DNA of 64,000 nucleotides, taken from assembly GCA_963838115.1 (NCBI GenBank), contig CAWIPU010000003.1:26591-90590 (forward strand), read 5' to 3'. Origin of the DNA: an uncultured Chloroflexia bacterium. GTDB taxonomy: Bacteria > Chloroflexota > Limnocylindria > Limnocylindrales > CSP1-4. This document shows, piece by piece, positions 55,180 to 64,000 of this stretch (its first letter is position 1; every line of letters begins with the position of its first letter). The notes below the pieces were generated by a model. That model was not told the DNA's origin and searched no databases. It saw only the letters and a list, made by a program, of their open reading frames with translations. The position numbers and the translations under genes are program-made.

Positions 55180-55893
55180 CTAGTGCGCGTCCCCCGGCTG
55201 ACCATAGTAGGCGCCCGGGCCATGCTTGCGATCGAAGTGCCGCCGCAACAGGGCCTCCTGGACGTCCGGCGCATGGGGGTCGATGGAGAGCGTTCGTACG
55301 GCCATGGCCGCGACCGCCTCCAGTGCGATGGCGTTGACCACCGCGGCGTCGGGGTCCACGCCCCAGGTGAAGGGGCCGTGTGAGCGCACCAGCACGGCCG
55401 ACATGCGCAGCGCATCATCGGTACGGCCATCGATCGTCTCGATGATGACGTTGCCCGTCTCCAGCTCGTACTCACCGGCGATCTCTTCCTCGGACATCAG
55501 TCGCGAGGTGGGCACGGCGCCGCGGAAGTGGTCGGCATGGGTCGTGCCGAGTGCGGGGATGTCATGGCCGGCCTGTGCGAAGGCGGCCGCGAACGAGCTG
55601 TGGGTGTGGACCACGCCACCCAGCTGCGGGTACGCCTGGTAGAGCCGCAGATGCGTGGGGGTGTCGCTGGACGGACGCATGGCGCCCTCCAGCACGCGAC
55701 CGTCCTCGAGCGAGACGACCACCAGATCCTCCGGCTGCACCTTGTCGCAGGCCACACCGCTGGGTTTGATGACGAGCGCATTGGCCTCACGGTCCACGCC
55801 GCTGACGTTGCCGAAGGAGAGGGTCACCAGGCCAGCCCGTGTGAGGTCCGCGTTGGCCCTCGCGACCTGTTCCCGGAGTGCCATGTCGATCAT
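55180..55893 (-). CDS. araD: L-ribulose-5-phosphate 4-epimerase
   Basis: 'SFGNVSG', 'IKPSGV', 'PSSDTPTH', 'HTHS', 'HADHF', 'RKHGPGAYYGQ'. Confidence 0.93.
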   Translation of the reverse strand: MIDMALREQVARANADLTRAGLVTLSFGNVSGVDREANALVIKPSGVACDKVQPEDLVVVSLEDGRVLEGAMRPSSDTPTHLRLYQAYPQLGGVVHTHSSFAAAFAQAGHDIPALGTTHADHFRGAVPTSRLMSEEEIAGEYELETGNVIIETIDGRTDDALRMSAVLVRSHGPFTWGVDPDAAVVNAIALEAVAAMAVRTLSIDPHAPDVQEALLRRHFDRKHGPGAYYGQPGDAH

Positions 55894-55910
55894 GCCACGA
55901 GGATAGCAGT

Positions 55911-55946
55911 TTGACCTTAGGCATACGTTTGCATACACTCGATTGC
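55911..55946 (+). promoter_or_regulatory. Housekeeping-sigma promoter of araA (TTGACC-N17-TACACT) with LacI-type operator GCATACGTTTGC in the spacer
   Basis: Exact 17-nt spacing; near-identical element at 61527-61562. Confidence 0.8.
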
Positions 55947-55995
55947 GTGCCCGTGTGACTGTTCGCTCGGGGCTTGTGCAGGAGGCGCTACGACG

Positions 55996-57498
55996 ATGGC
56001 ATTCGATGGGCTGCGGATCTGGTTCCTCACGGGTAGCCAGGAGCTCTACGGCGAGGCCATCCTGGCCAAGGTGCTGGAGCAATCGAGGGAGATGGTGGCA
56101 GGCCTCACGGCTGTGCCAGAGATCCCGATCCAGATCATCCACAAACCGACCGTCACCACACCCGATGCCATCCGCCGGGCCTGTCTGGAGGCTTCTGCCG
56201 ACGATGCCTGTATCGGGGTCATCGGCTGGATGCACACGTTCAGCCCGGCCAAGATGTGGATCGCGGGAGTGCAGGCCCTCTCGAAGCCCTTCCTGCACCT
56301 CCACACCCAGTACGGTGCCGACCTGCCCTACCGCGACATCGACATGGACTTCATGAACCTCAACCAGTCGGCCCACGGGGACCGCGAGTTCGCCTACCTC
56401 ATGAGTAGGCTGCGGCTGCCCCGCAAGATCATCGCGGGCCACTGGGCCGATCCGGGCGTGCAGCGTCGCATCGGCGCCTGGAGCCGTGCCTGTGCCGGCG
56501 CCCACGAGGCCCGCACCCTGCGCGTCATCCGCTTCGGCGACAACATGCGCGAGGTGGCCGACACCGATGGCGACAAGGTGGAAGTGCAGGCGAAGCTCGG
56601 GACCTCGGTCAACACGTACCCCGTCAACGAGCTGGTCACGGTCGTGGACGAGATCGCCGATGCCGAAGTGGAGCGGCTCTGTACCGAGTACGACGAGACC
56701 TACGAGGTCGTGCCACCGCTGCGTCCCGCTGGTGAGCGACGCGGCTCGCTGCGTGATGCCGCGCGCATCGAGCTGGGCCTGCGGGCCTTCCTGGCGGACC
56801 ACGGCGCCATGGCCTTCGTCGACACCTTCGAGGACCTGGGGGGCTTGCAGCAGCTCCCGGGCATCGGGGCCCAGCGCTTGATGGCCGACGGCTACGGCTT
56901 CGGCGCCGAGGGTGACTGGAAGTCCTCGCTGCTGGTCCGCATCGTGAAGGCCATGAGCGAGGGGCTCCCCGGTGGCGTGTCCTTCATGGAGGACTACACC
57001 TACGACCTGGGCGCCGCGAGTCCCGCGGTCCTGGGCGCGCACATGCTGGAGGTCTGCCCCAGCATCGCCGCCGCGACCCCGACGTGCGAGATCCATCCGC
57101 TCTTCGTGGGTGGTCGCGAGGATCCCGTGCGGCTCGTCTTTTCTGGTGCCGCCGGTCCGGGGGTCGTGGTGGGCCTCGTCGACATGGGCACGCACCTGCG
57201 GCTGGTGGCCGACGAGATCGACGCCGTGGCGCCACCGGAGGAGCTGCCGAAGCTGCCGGTGGCCCGGGCCTTGTGGGAGCCGCGACCCGACTTCAGCACC
57301 GCCGCCGAATCGTGGCTGCTCGCGGGCGGTCCCCACCACACCGCCTACAGCCAGGCGGTCGGGCTCGAGGTCATCGAGGACCTCGCCCGCATGCTCGACG
57401 TGGAGCTGCTGGCCATCGATGCCGACACCACGGCCCGCGGCTTCGCCAAGGAGGTGCGCTGGAGCGCTGCCTACCGGCACCTCGCCGGGGCGGTGTAG
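55996..57498 (+). CDS. araA: L-arabinose isomerase
   Basis: 'WFLTGSQELYG', 'WMHTFSPAKMW', 'NQSAHGDRE', 'GAEGDWK', 'FMEDYTY', 'HMLE', 'GGPHH'. Confidence 0.97.
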   Translation: MAFDGLRIWFLTGSQELYGEAILAKVLEQSREMVAGLTAVPEIPIQIIHKPTVTTPDAIRRACLEASADDACIGVIGWMHTFSPAKMWIAGVQALSKPFLHLHTQYGADLPYRDIDMDFMNLNQSAHGDREFAYLMSRLRLPRKIIAGHWADPGVQRRIGAWSRACAGAHEARTLRVIRFGDNMREVADTDGDKVEVQAKLGTSVNTYPVNELVTVVDEIADAEVERLCTEYDETYEVVPPLRPAGERRGSLRDAARIELGLRAFLADHGAMAFVDTFEDLGGLQQLPGIGAQRLMADGYGFGAEGDWKSSLLVRIVKAMSEGLPGGVSFMEDYTYDLGAASPAVLGAHMLEVCPSIAAATPTCEIHPLFVGGREDPVRLVFSGAAGPGVVVGLVDMGTHLRLVADEIDAVAPPEELPKLPVARALWEPRPDFSTAAESWLLAGGPHHTAYSQAVGLEVIEDLARMLDVELLAIDADTTARGFAKEVRWSAAYRHLAGAV

Positions 57499-57881
57499 GA
57501 GCACGGCGCCGGCGCAGAGCGGCAGGGAGGCCGCGCCTTCGCCGCCGTGACGCCATCAGCCATGCACGATGCTACATCGGGCCGGAATCCCGATAGGGCG
57601 AACAGCAACGGCCGCTTTGCGCGTCTGTACCCGGGGCGGAGGCGTCGCTGCTCAAACGGCGTCAGCCGTTATGCTCCGTGGGCATGATTGGGAGCGATCA
57701 GGCGGTGTGGTGGAGCTGACTGATCGTCGATCCCCACGCATGGGGTGACTATGTTCGCTCTATGTGGGATGCCGTCCCGATATGCCCGGTGCGTGCCAGC
57801 CTCATCGTGTCGGCAGGCAGGTCCACCGCGTAGCGCTGGACTTGTAGGACGATTCGAAGCCGTTCCGAGTGAGGAGTAGGC

Positions 57882-58695
57882 ATGAGTGGTCGGATCGAAG
57901 GTAAGGTGGCGATCGTCACCGGCGGTGGCCAGGGCATCGGCGCAGCCATCAGTGAGCGATACGCCGCCGAAGGCGCCAATGTCGTCATCGCCCAGCGCAG
58001 CGGATCGGTCGCGCAGACCCAGGCGGAGCGCATCGTGGCAGGCGGTGGCTCAGCACTGGCCGTCGCCACCGACGTGGCTGATCGCGAGCAGCTCCGAGCG
58101 CTCGTCGCCCGCACACTCGAGCACTACGGTCCGCCAGACATCCTCGTCAACAACGCCGGCATCTTCGTGGCCGATGACCCCCTTGAACTGACCGAGGACG
58201 CCTGGCAGCGCTGCCTGAGCATCGACCTGGAGGCCGTTTGGTGGCTCAGCCGAGAAGTGCTGCCGCACATGATCGATCGCGGCGGCGCCATCATCAACAT
58301 CGCCTCCACGCACTCGTTCCAGATCGTGCCCGGCTGCTTCCCTTACCCGGTCGCCAAGCATGCGCTCATCGGTCTCACGCGCGCGTTGGCTGCCGAATAC
58401 GCCTCACGCGGCGTTCGCATCAACGCCATCGCGCCGGCCTACATCGACACCGACATGGTGACGCGCTACTTCGACCGCTTGAGCAACCCCGCCGCTGAGC
58501 GCGAGCGGGTGGGTGGTCTCCATCCCATCGGCCGCATGGGGCAGCCCCACGAGGTCGCCGGGCCGGCGCTGTTCCTCGCCAGCGACGACGCCAGCTTCAT
58601 CAGTGGCGAGGTGCTCATGGTCGACGGCGGCATCACCACCGTCTACAGCGGGCATGGCGACCCCATTCGTGCCAGGGGCCGGCCCGACCATCTAG
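57882..58695 (+). CDS. SDR family oxidoreductase; probable frameshift near the C-terminus
   Basis: [17 protein letters not shown]; SDR fold ends at 'VDGG'; alternative frame '[11 protein letters not shown]' ends at 58695, so read-through to 59246 is treated as an artefact. Confidence 0.85.
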
Positions 58696-60378
58696 GCCGA
58701 ACGATCGAGGGCTCGGTCGCGGATGGCACGCAACCGCTTCATGGCGTCGTTGGCACCGCGGCCGAAGTAGTCATGCAGCGTCTTGTACTCGGCATACAGC
58801 TCGTCGTAGACCGCCGCTGCGGCAGCATCAGGCGCGTAGTGGTCGTCGCGCAAGCGTGCCATGGCGGCCGTCGCGTCCTCGATGCTGTCGTAGCCACCCG
58901 CCTCCGCCCCCGCCGCCACCGCGGCCCACATGGCCGAGCCCAGCGCGGGTGTCTGTGTCGACGCCGCGACCGAGATCTCGCGCCGCGTGACGTCCGAGTA
59001 GATCTGCATCAGCAGCTTGTTCTTGTCGGGCAGGCCGCCGCAGGCGACGATGTCGTTGACCGGCACGCCCGACCCTTCCAGCGACTCCACGATCATGCGC
59101 GTACCGAAGGCGGTAGCCTCGATGAGCGCCCGATAGACCTCCGGCGCCTTGGTCGCCAGCGTGGCGCCCAGGACCAGGCCGGAGAGGTCGACATCGACCA
59201 GTACCGAGCGGTTGCCGTTCATCCAGTCCAGCGCCACCAGGCCTGATTGGCCCGGGGTGAGCTTGGCAGCCTCGCGCTCTAGCACTTCGTGGACGCTGAC
59301 GCCTTCAGCTTCGGCCTGCTCGAAGTACGCGGCTGGGACCAGGTTGTCGACGAACCAGCCGAAGATGTCCCCGACGGCCGACTGGCCAGCCTCATAGCCG
59401 AAGAGTCCCGGCAGGATGCCGTCCTCGACCACGCCGCACATGCCCTCGACGGTAGCCTGGTGGTCCGAGAGCACCATGTGGCAGATGCTGGTACCCATGA
59501 CCGCCACCATGCGACCCGGCTCGGTCACCGTCGTGGCCGGCACCGACACGTGCGCATCGACATTGGCGACCGCGACCGCCGTGCCTGATCGCAGTCCCGT
59601 CCAGGCCGCTGCCTCTTCACTCAGCCCGCCCGCCTTCTCGCCGATCGAGACCACCTCGCGTGACATCTTCTGGTCGACCACATCGGCGAAGCGGGGATCG
59701 AGCGCGGCGAAGTACTCGGAGCTCGGGAAGCCATCCGACTTCGACCAGATGGCCTTGTAGCCGGCGGTGCAGCTGTTGCGACTCTCGACGCCGGTCAATC
59801 GCCAGACGACCCAGTCGGCCGCCTCGATGAACCGGTCCGCCGCGTCGTAGATCTCCGGCGCCTCATCGAGGATCTGCAGGGCTTTGGAGTAGAACCACTC
59901 CGACGAGATCTTGCCGCCGTACCTGGGCAGCCACTCCTCGCCGCGTTCGCGGGCGACGGCGTTGATGCGATCGGCCTCCGGCTGGGCGGCGTGGTGCTTC
60001 CACAACTTGACCCAGGCATGCGGGTTGCGGCGGAACTCGGGCAGCGCCGCCAGCGGTGTGCCGTCAGCCTTCGCCGGCAGCATGGTGCAGGCGGTGAAGT
60101 CGATTCCCACCCCGATGATGTCCGACGCCTCCACGCCGGCAGCGGCGATGGCCGCCGGGATGGCCTGCTGAAAGGTGCGCAGGTAGTCGTCGGGAGTCCT
60201 GGAGCGCCCACTCGGGCGGCAGCCGCACGTCATCGTCGGGTGCCGGCAGGATCTCGTCGATGACGCCGTGCGAATAGGGGTAGACGCTGCTGCCGAGCTC
60301 TCGCCCGTCGCTCGCGTCGATGACGACGGCACGGCCCAATTCGGTCCCGAAGTCGACACCGATGACATAGCTGGCCAC
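58692..60378 (-). CDS. araB: Ribulokinase (FGGY family), split by a 1-nt insertion at about 60195
   Basis: '[11 protein letters not shown]...WALQD' joins 'PDDYL...GIDFTACT...WKHHAAQ...[10 protein letters not shown]...DWMNGNRS'. Confidence 0.9.
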
Positions 60379-60380
60379 GT

Positions 60381-61481
60381 TCAAGCTCCTTCTTGCTGCC
60401 GGCCCGATGCGGGCCCCGTGGAAGCTCGCACCACGAGCTCCGGTTCGAGGATGGGGTGAAAGTCGATGCTGGCCTCGTGGTCGCCGATGGCGAGGTCGAT
60501 GGCCGCGAGGACCATGGCCTCGGTCGGCATCCGCAGCGTGGTCAACGCAGGCACGCTGACCGCAGCCACCGGAATGTCGTCGAAGCCGGTCACCGACAGG
60601 TCGTCCGGCACCCGCAGGCCGCGGCGGTGGGCGGCGTGCAGCACGCCCATGGCGATGACATCGGTGGGCGCCACGATGGCGGTCGGCGGTTCGGGCAGAT
60701 CCATCAGGAGGTCCAAGGCCGCCGCACCACCCTGGTAGTCGTTGGCGGCTTCCTGGCGATACGGGACCGGGACGGTCAGTCCGTGACCGTGCATCGAGGC
60801 CACGTAGGCATCCTCGCGCTCGGTGATGTCGCCCAGCCGTCGCGGACCCGCGAAGGCGATGCGCTCATGGCCCAGTCCAACGAGGTGGTCGACCACGGCC
60901 ATGATGCCGCTGCGATTGTCGACGCTGACCGTGGGGATGCCGCTCTCGCGCGAGCCGTGCCAGAGGGCCACCACCGGGATGCTGGTGTTCTGGAGCTCTT
61001 CGATGAGCTCCGGTCGATCACGTAGGTCCCCCAGGAAGAGGAGGGCATCACAGTGGCGCGCTTCCAGGATGCCCCACAGGGCCTCCGCCTCGTCGGCGCT
61101 GCGGTGTGCGTGCCCCAGCACCACGTTGTAGCCGCGTCGGTTGGCTTCCAGCGAAGCGGCTTCGATGGCCCCGGCGAAGAATGGGTCGGTGATGTCGCGG
61201 ACGATCACGCCCAGCAGCATGGTGGGAGCGCCGCGCAGCCCACGTGCCAACGGGTTGGGTCGATATCCCAGCTGTCGCGCGGTCTCCACGACACGCTGGC
61301 GCGTATTCTCGGCGATGGGTACCGCGGTGGGCGTTCCGCTGAGCACGCGCGAGACGGTCGACTGGGAGACGCCGGTGGCGTCGGCGATGTCGCGCATGGT
61401 GGGCACGCTCGCGGTAGGTCGCTTGGTGCGAGTGCCGGCAGTCGCTGACACGGTGCTGGGCCTGTCTGCTGTCTGCGACAC
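60381..61481 (-). CDS. LacI-family transcriptional regulator (arabinose locus)
   Basis: '[20 protein letters not shown]', 'YRPN..ARGL', '[12 protein letters not shown]'. Confidence 0.93.
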   Translation of the reverse strand: MSQTADRPSTVSATAGTRTKRPTASVPTMRDIADATGVSQSTVSRVLSGTPTAVPIAENTRQRVVETARQLGYRPNPLARGLRGAPTMLLGVIVRDITDPFFAGAIEAASLEANRRGYNVVLGHAHRSADEAEALWGILEARHCDALLFLGDLRDRPELIEELQNTSIPVVALWHGSRESGIPTVSVDNRSGIMAVVDHLVGLGHERIAFAGPRRLGDITEREDAYVASMHGHGLTVPVPYRQEAANDYQGGAAALDLLMDLPEPPTAIVAPTDVIAMGVLHAAHRRGLRVPDDLSVTGFDDIPVAAVSVPALTTLRMPTEAMVLAAIDLAIGDHEASIDFHPILEPELVVRASTGPASGRQQEGA

Positions 61482-61526
61482 GATCCTCTGCCCTCCGGCT
61501 GCGCCGACGCCGTCTGCGGACTTGGT

Positions 61527-61562
61527 TTGACGCCAAGCATACGTGTGCATACACTCGTTTGC
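61527..61562 (+). promoter_or_regulatory. Housekeeping-sigma promoter (TTGACG-N17-TACACT) with LacI-type operator GCATACGTGTGC
   Basis: 26-bp segment differs from the araA promoter at 2 positions. Confidence 0.8.
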
Positions 61563-61622
61563 ACAGGCGTTGCAAAGCGCGGAGCGCAAGCTTCGTGTCA
61601 GCGTCGAGGGATGAGGACAGGG

Positions 61623-63191
61623 ATGCTTGCCACCTCGCCAACAGCGGCAGGAGTGACACCACCCGCGCCGGAGCCGATCCTGGAGATGCGCTCCATCGAC
61701 AAGCGCTTTCCGGGGGTTCATGCCCTCGACGACGTCTCCATGGACGTTCTTCCGGGGGAGGTCCACGCTCTGGTCGGCGAGAACGGTGCCGGCAAGTCGA
61801 CCCTGATGAAGATCCTCGCCGGCGTCTACAGCCTCGATCGCGGCGAGATCATCTACAAGGGTCGGCCCTATGCCCCGCATACACCGGGTGCTGCGCGGGA
61901 TGCCGGCATCGTCACCATCTACCAGGAGCTGAACCTGGTACCCGATCTCTCGGTCACCGAGAACATGTACCTGGGCATGGAGCTGGCTCGCGGGCTTTTC
62001 CTCGACGGGCGCGCCATGCACAAGCGCGCACGTCAGCTACTGGCGGAACGTCTGCACCTGGAGATCGATCCGCGCACGGCTGTGGGCAAGCTGGGCGTCG
62101 GCCAGCAGCAGATGGTAGAGGTGGCCAAGGCGCTGCTGCACGAGGCCGACATCATCATCATGGATGAGCCTACGGCGGCGCTGAGCCCGCGCGAGATCGA
62201 CGATCTCTTCCAGATCGTGCGCGAGATGAAGAGCCATGGCGTCTCGACCATCTTCATCAGCCATCACCTCGATGAGACCTTCGAACTGTCCGACCGCACG
62301 ACGGTGCTGCGCGACGGGCAACTGGTGGCCACGCTGCCGACGGCCGACCTCGACACACAGGAACTCATTCGTCTCATGGTCGGTCGCGACCTGGCCAGCC
62401 ACCAGCCCAAGCGGCCGGCTGCCATCGGCGATGAGGTGATGCGCGTCGAAGGTCTGACCCGGCACGGTGTCTTCGAGGACATCAGCTTTTCGGCACGGGC
62501 GGGCGAGATCATCGGCCTGGCCGGACTGGTCGGAGCGGGCCGCACCGAGGTGGTGCGCGGCATCTTCGGCGCCGATCCCCTCGACGCCGGCCGCGTCTTC
62601 ATCGAGGGCGAAGAGGTCAGCATCAAGAATCCGCGTGACGCCATCGACCACGGCATCGCTCTGTTGACCGAGGACCGCAAGGGTCAGGGGCTGGTGCTGA
62701 TCTTCGACGTGCGCGAGAACATCACCCTCTCGATCCTCGACCGGCTCAGCCGCGGCCAGTTGACCAACAAGGCCCGCGAGCGAGAGATCGCCGGCAGCTT
62801 CATCGACCGTCTGGCCATCAAGGCCTCCAGCCAGGAGCAGCTGGCTCTCAACCTGTCCGGCGGTACCCAGCAGAAGGTGGTGCTCAGCAAGTGGCTGGCC
62901 GCAGAGGCGCGGGTCATCATCTTCGACGAGCCGACTCGCGGCATCGACATCGGTGCCAAGGCCGAGATCTACGAGATCATGAACGAGCTGGTGGCGCAGG
63001 GTGACACCATCCTGATGGTCAGCTCGGAGCTGCCGGAGATCCTGGCCATGAGCGACCGCATACTGGTGATGCAGGGTGGCCGCATCCGGGGCCAACTCAG
63101 CCGTGAGGAAGCGACCCAGGAGCGGATCATGCACTACGCCACCGCCTCCGATGGTGCTGATGACTCCAACGGCAGCGGAGTGGCGACATGA
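61623..63191 (+). CDS. Sugar ABC transporter ATP-binding protein (likely arabinose)
   Basis: [13 protein letters not shown] twice, LSGGTQQK. Confidence 0.93.
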   Translation: MLATSPTAAGVTPPAPEPILEMRSIDKRFPGVHALDDVSMDVLPGEVHALVGENGAGKSTLMKILAGVYSLDRGEIIYKGRPYAPHTPGAARDAGIVTIYQELNLVPDLSVTENMYLGMELARGLFLDGRAMHKRARQLLAERLHLEIDPRTAVGKLGVGQQQMVEVAKALLHEADIIIMDEPTAALSPREIDDLFQIVREMKSHGVSTIFISHHLDETFELSDRTTVLRDGQLVATLPTADLDTQELIRLMVGRDLASHQPKRPAAIGDEVMRVEGLTRHGVFEDISFSARAGEIIGLAGLVGAGRTEVVRGIFGADPLDAGRVFIEGEEVSIKNPRDAIDHGIALLTEDRKGQGLVLIFDVRENITLSILDRLSRGQLTNKAREREIAGSFIDRLAIKASSQEQLALNLSGGTQQKVVLSKWLAAEARVIIFDEPTRGIDIGAKAEIYEIMNELVAQGDTILMVSSELPEILAMSDRILVMQGGRIRGQLSREEATQERIMHYATASDGADDSNGSGVAT

Positions 63192-64000
63192 ACCGCACCA
63201 ACTCGCTCGTCCGCAGCGTCATCTCAGGGGCCGGCCCGGCGCTGGTGCTCATCGCCATGGCCGTGGCGCTGTGGGTCATGTCGCCGGCGTTCCGCTCGCC
63301 CACCAGCCTCATGCTCATCGGCTTGGAGGCATCAGCGCTGGGCCTGGTGGCCGCCGGTCAGACGTTCGTCATCCTCACCGGCGGTATCGACCTCTCGGTG
63401 GAGGCGATGGTGTCCTTCAGCGGCGTCATCGCGGCCATCCTCATCGCCGGCACCAACGCCAGCGGCGGCCAGATCGCGGGTGGCTTCCCTTCCTGGATCG
63501 CGATCCCTATCACTCTCGGCCTGGGGCTGCTCATCGGCTCCGGCCAAGGCGTGCTCATCACGGCCTTTCGCATGAACCCGCTCATCGTCACGCTTGGCGT
63601 CAGATCCATCCTCCTGGGATCCGCCCTGGTCCTATCGCGTGGCTCGGGGATCTACATCAAGAAGGATGACCTGCTGGGCCTCATCACGGGCCGCGTCGAT
63701 GTCCTCGGCATCAGCATTCCCATCCCGCTGATCCTGACGATCATCATCTACGTGATCTGCTGGATCGTTCTCAAGCAGACCAAGTTCGGGCGCTACACCT
63801 ACGCCATGGGCGGCAACGAGACCGCGGCACGTCTGTCTGGCGTGCGCACCCATCTGGTCAAGCTCACCATCTATGGCATCTCCGGATTCCTTGCCGCCCT
63901 GGCGGGCATCCTGGTCATGGGTCGGCTGGAATCGGGCGCCTACCAGAACGGCACCAACCTGACGCTGATGTCAGTCGCCGCCGTGGTCATCGGTGGCACC
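63188..64000 (+). CDS. Sugar ABC transporter permease, truncated by window edge
   Basis: ATGA overlap; manual translation [29 protein letters not shown]...[15 protein letters not shown]...[21 protein letters not shown]. Confidence 0.9.
   Translation, partial: MNRTNSLVRSVISGAGPALVLIAMAVALWVMSPAFRSPTSLMLIGLEASALGLVAAGQTFVILTGGIDLSVEAMVSFSGVIAAILIAGTNASGGQIAGGFPSWIAIPITLGLGLLIGSGQGVLITAFRMNPLIVTLGVRSILLGSALVLSRGSGIYIKKDDLLGLITGRVDVLGISIPIPLILTIIIYVICWIVLKQTKFGRYTYAMGGNETAARLSGVRTHLVKLTIYGISGFLAALAGILVMGRLESGAYQNGTNLTLMSVAAVVIGGT

Noticed and set aside
55894-57504. 774-aa ORF suggesting a large AraD fusion
   Set aside because: The upstream part is the antisense shadow of araA; AraD begins at ATG 55893 with its own -10 box
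58696-59246. C-terminal extension of the SDR ORF
   Set aside because: Runs antisense through araB; best explained by a frameshift near 58660
3711-63134. Many long antisense or alternative-frame ORFs (e.g. 3711..5315, 16429..18090, 23796..25262, 38160..39815, 42102..43703, 62037..63134)
   Set aside because: Shadow ORFs of high-GC genes; they overlap well-supported CDSs and carry no family motifs
1-64000. CRISPR array, IS element, integrase or prophage
   Set aside because: No regularly spaced 25-40 bp repeats, transposase, recombinase or phage structural motifs seen; all repeats found are short operators or coding repeats

Overview
High-GC (roughly two-thirds G+C by eye) bacterial chromosomal segment; gene style suggests Chloroflexota or an actinobacteria-like monoderm (inference only). 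It is dominated by carbohydrate uptake and catabolism: four sugar ABC systems, a GH4/SIS/PfkB/LacD-type aldolase/GntR cluster with an adjacent PIG-L deacetylase, a split L-arabinose cluster (araA, araB, araD, LacI regulator), a GH15 and a fucose-isomerase-like gene. It also holds tRNA-Glu(CTC), tRNA-Arg(TCT), a VapBC toxin-antitoxin pair, a Prim-Pol/LigC repair pair, and several gene remnants and single-base frameshifts. No CRISPR array, transposase, integrase or prophage was seen. Best candidates for new biology: (1) an orphan TadA/CpaF ATPase fused to a degenerate RidA-like domain, directly followed by a HerA/VirB4-like ATPase; (2) a putative PTS-independent galactosamine/tagatose pathway marked by tandem 8-bp operator repeats; (3) a J-domain protein with a C-terminal FGxxxG domain divergent from ligC; (4) a membrane protein with a prion-like Q/Y repeat domain; (5) pervasive TANNNT-N6-start leaderless promoters. 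All calls come from reading motifs by eye; no database searches were run.
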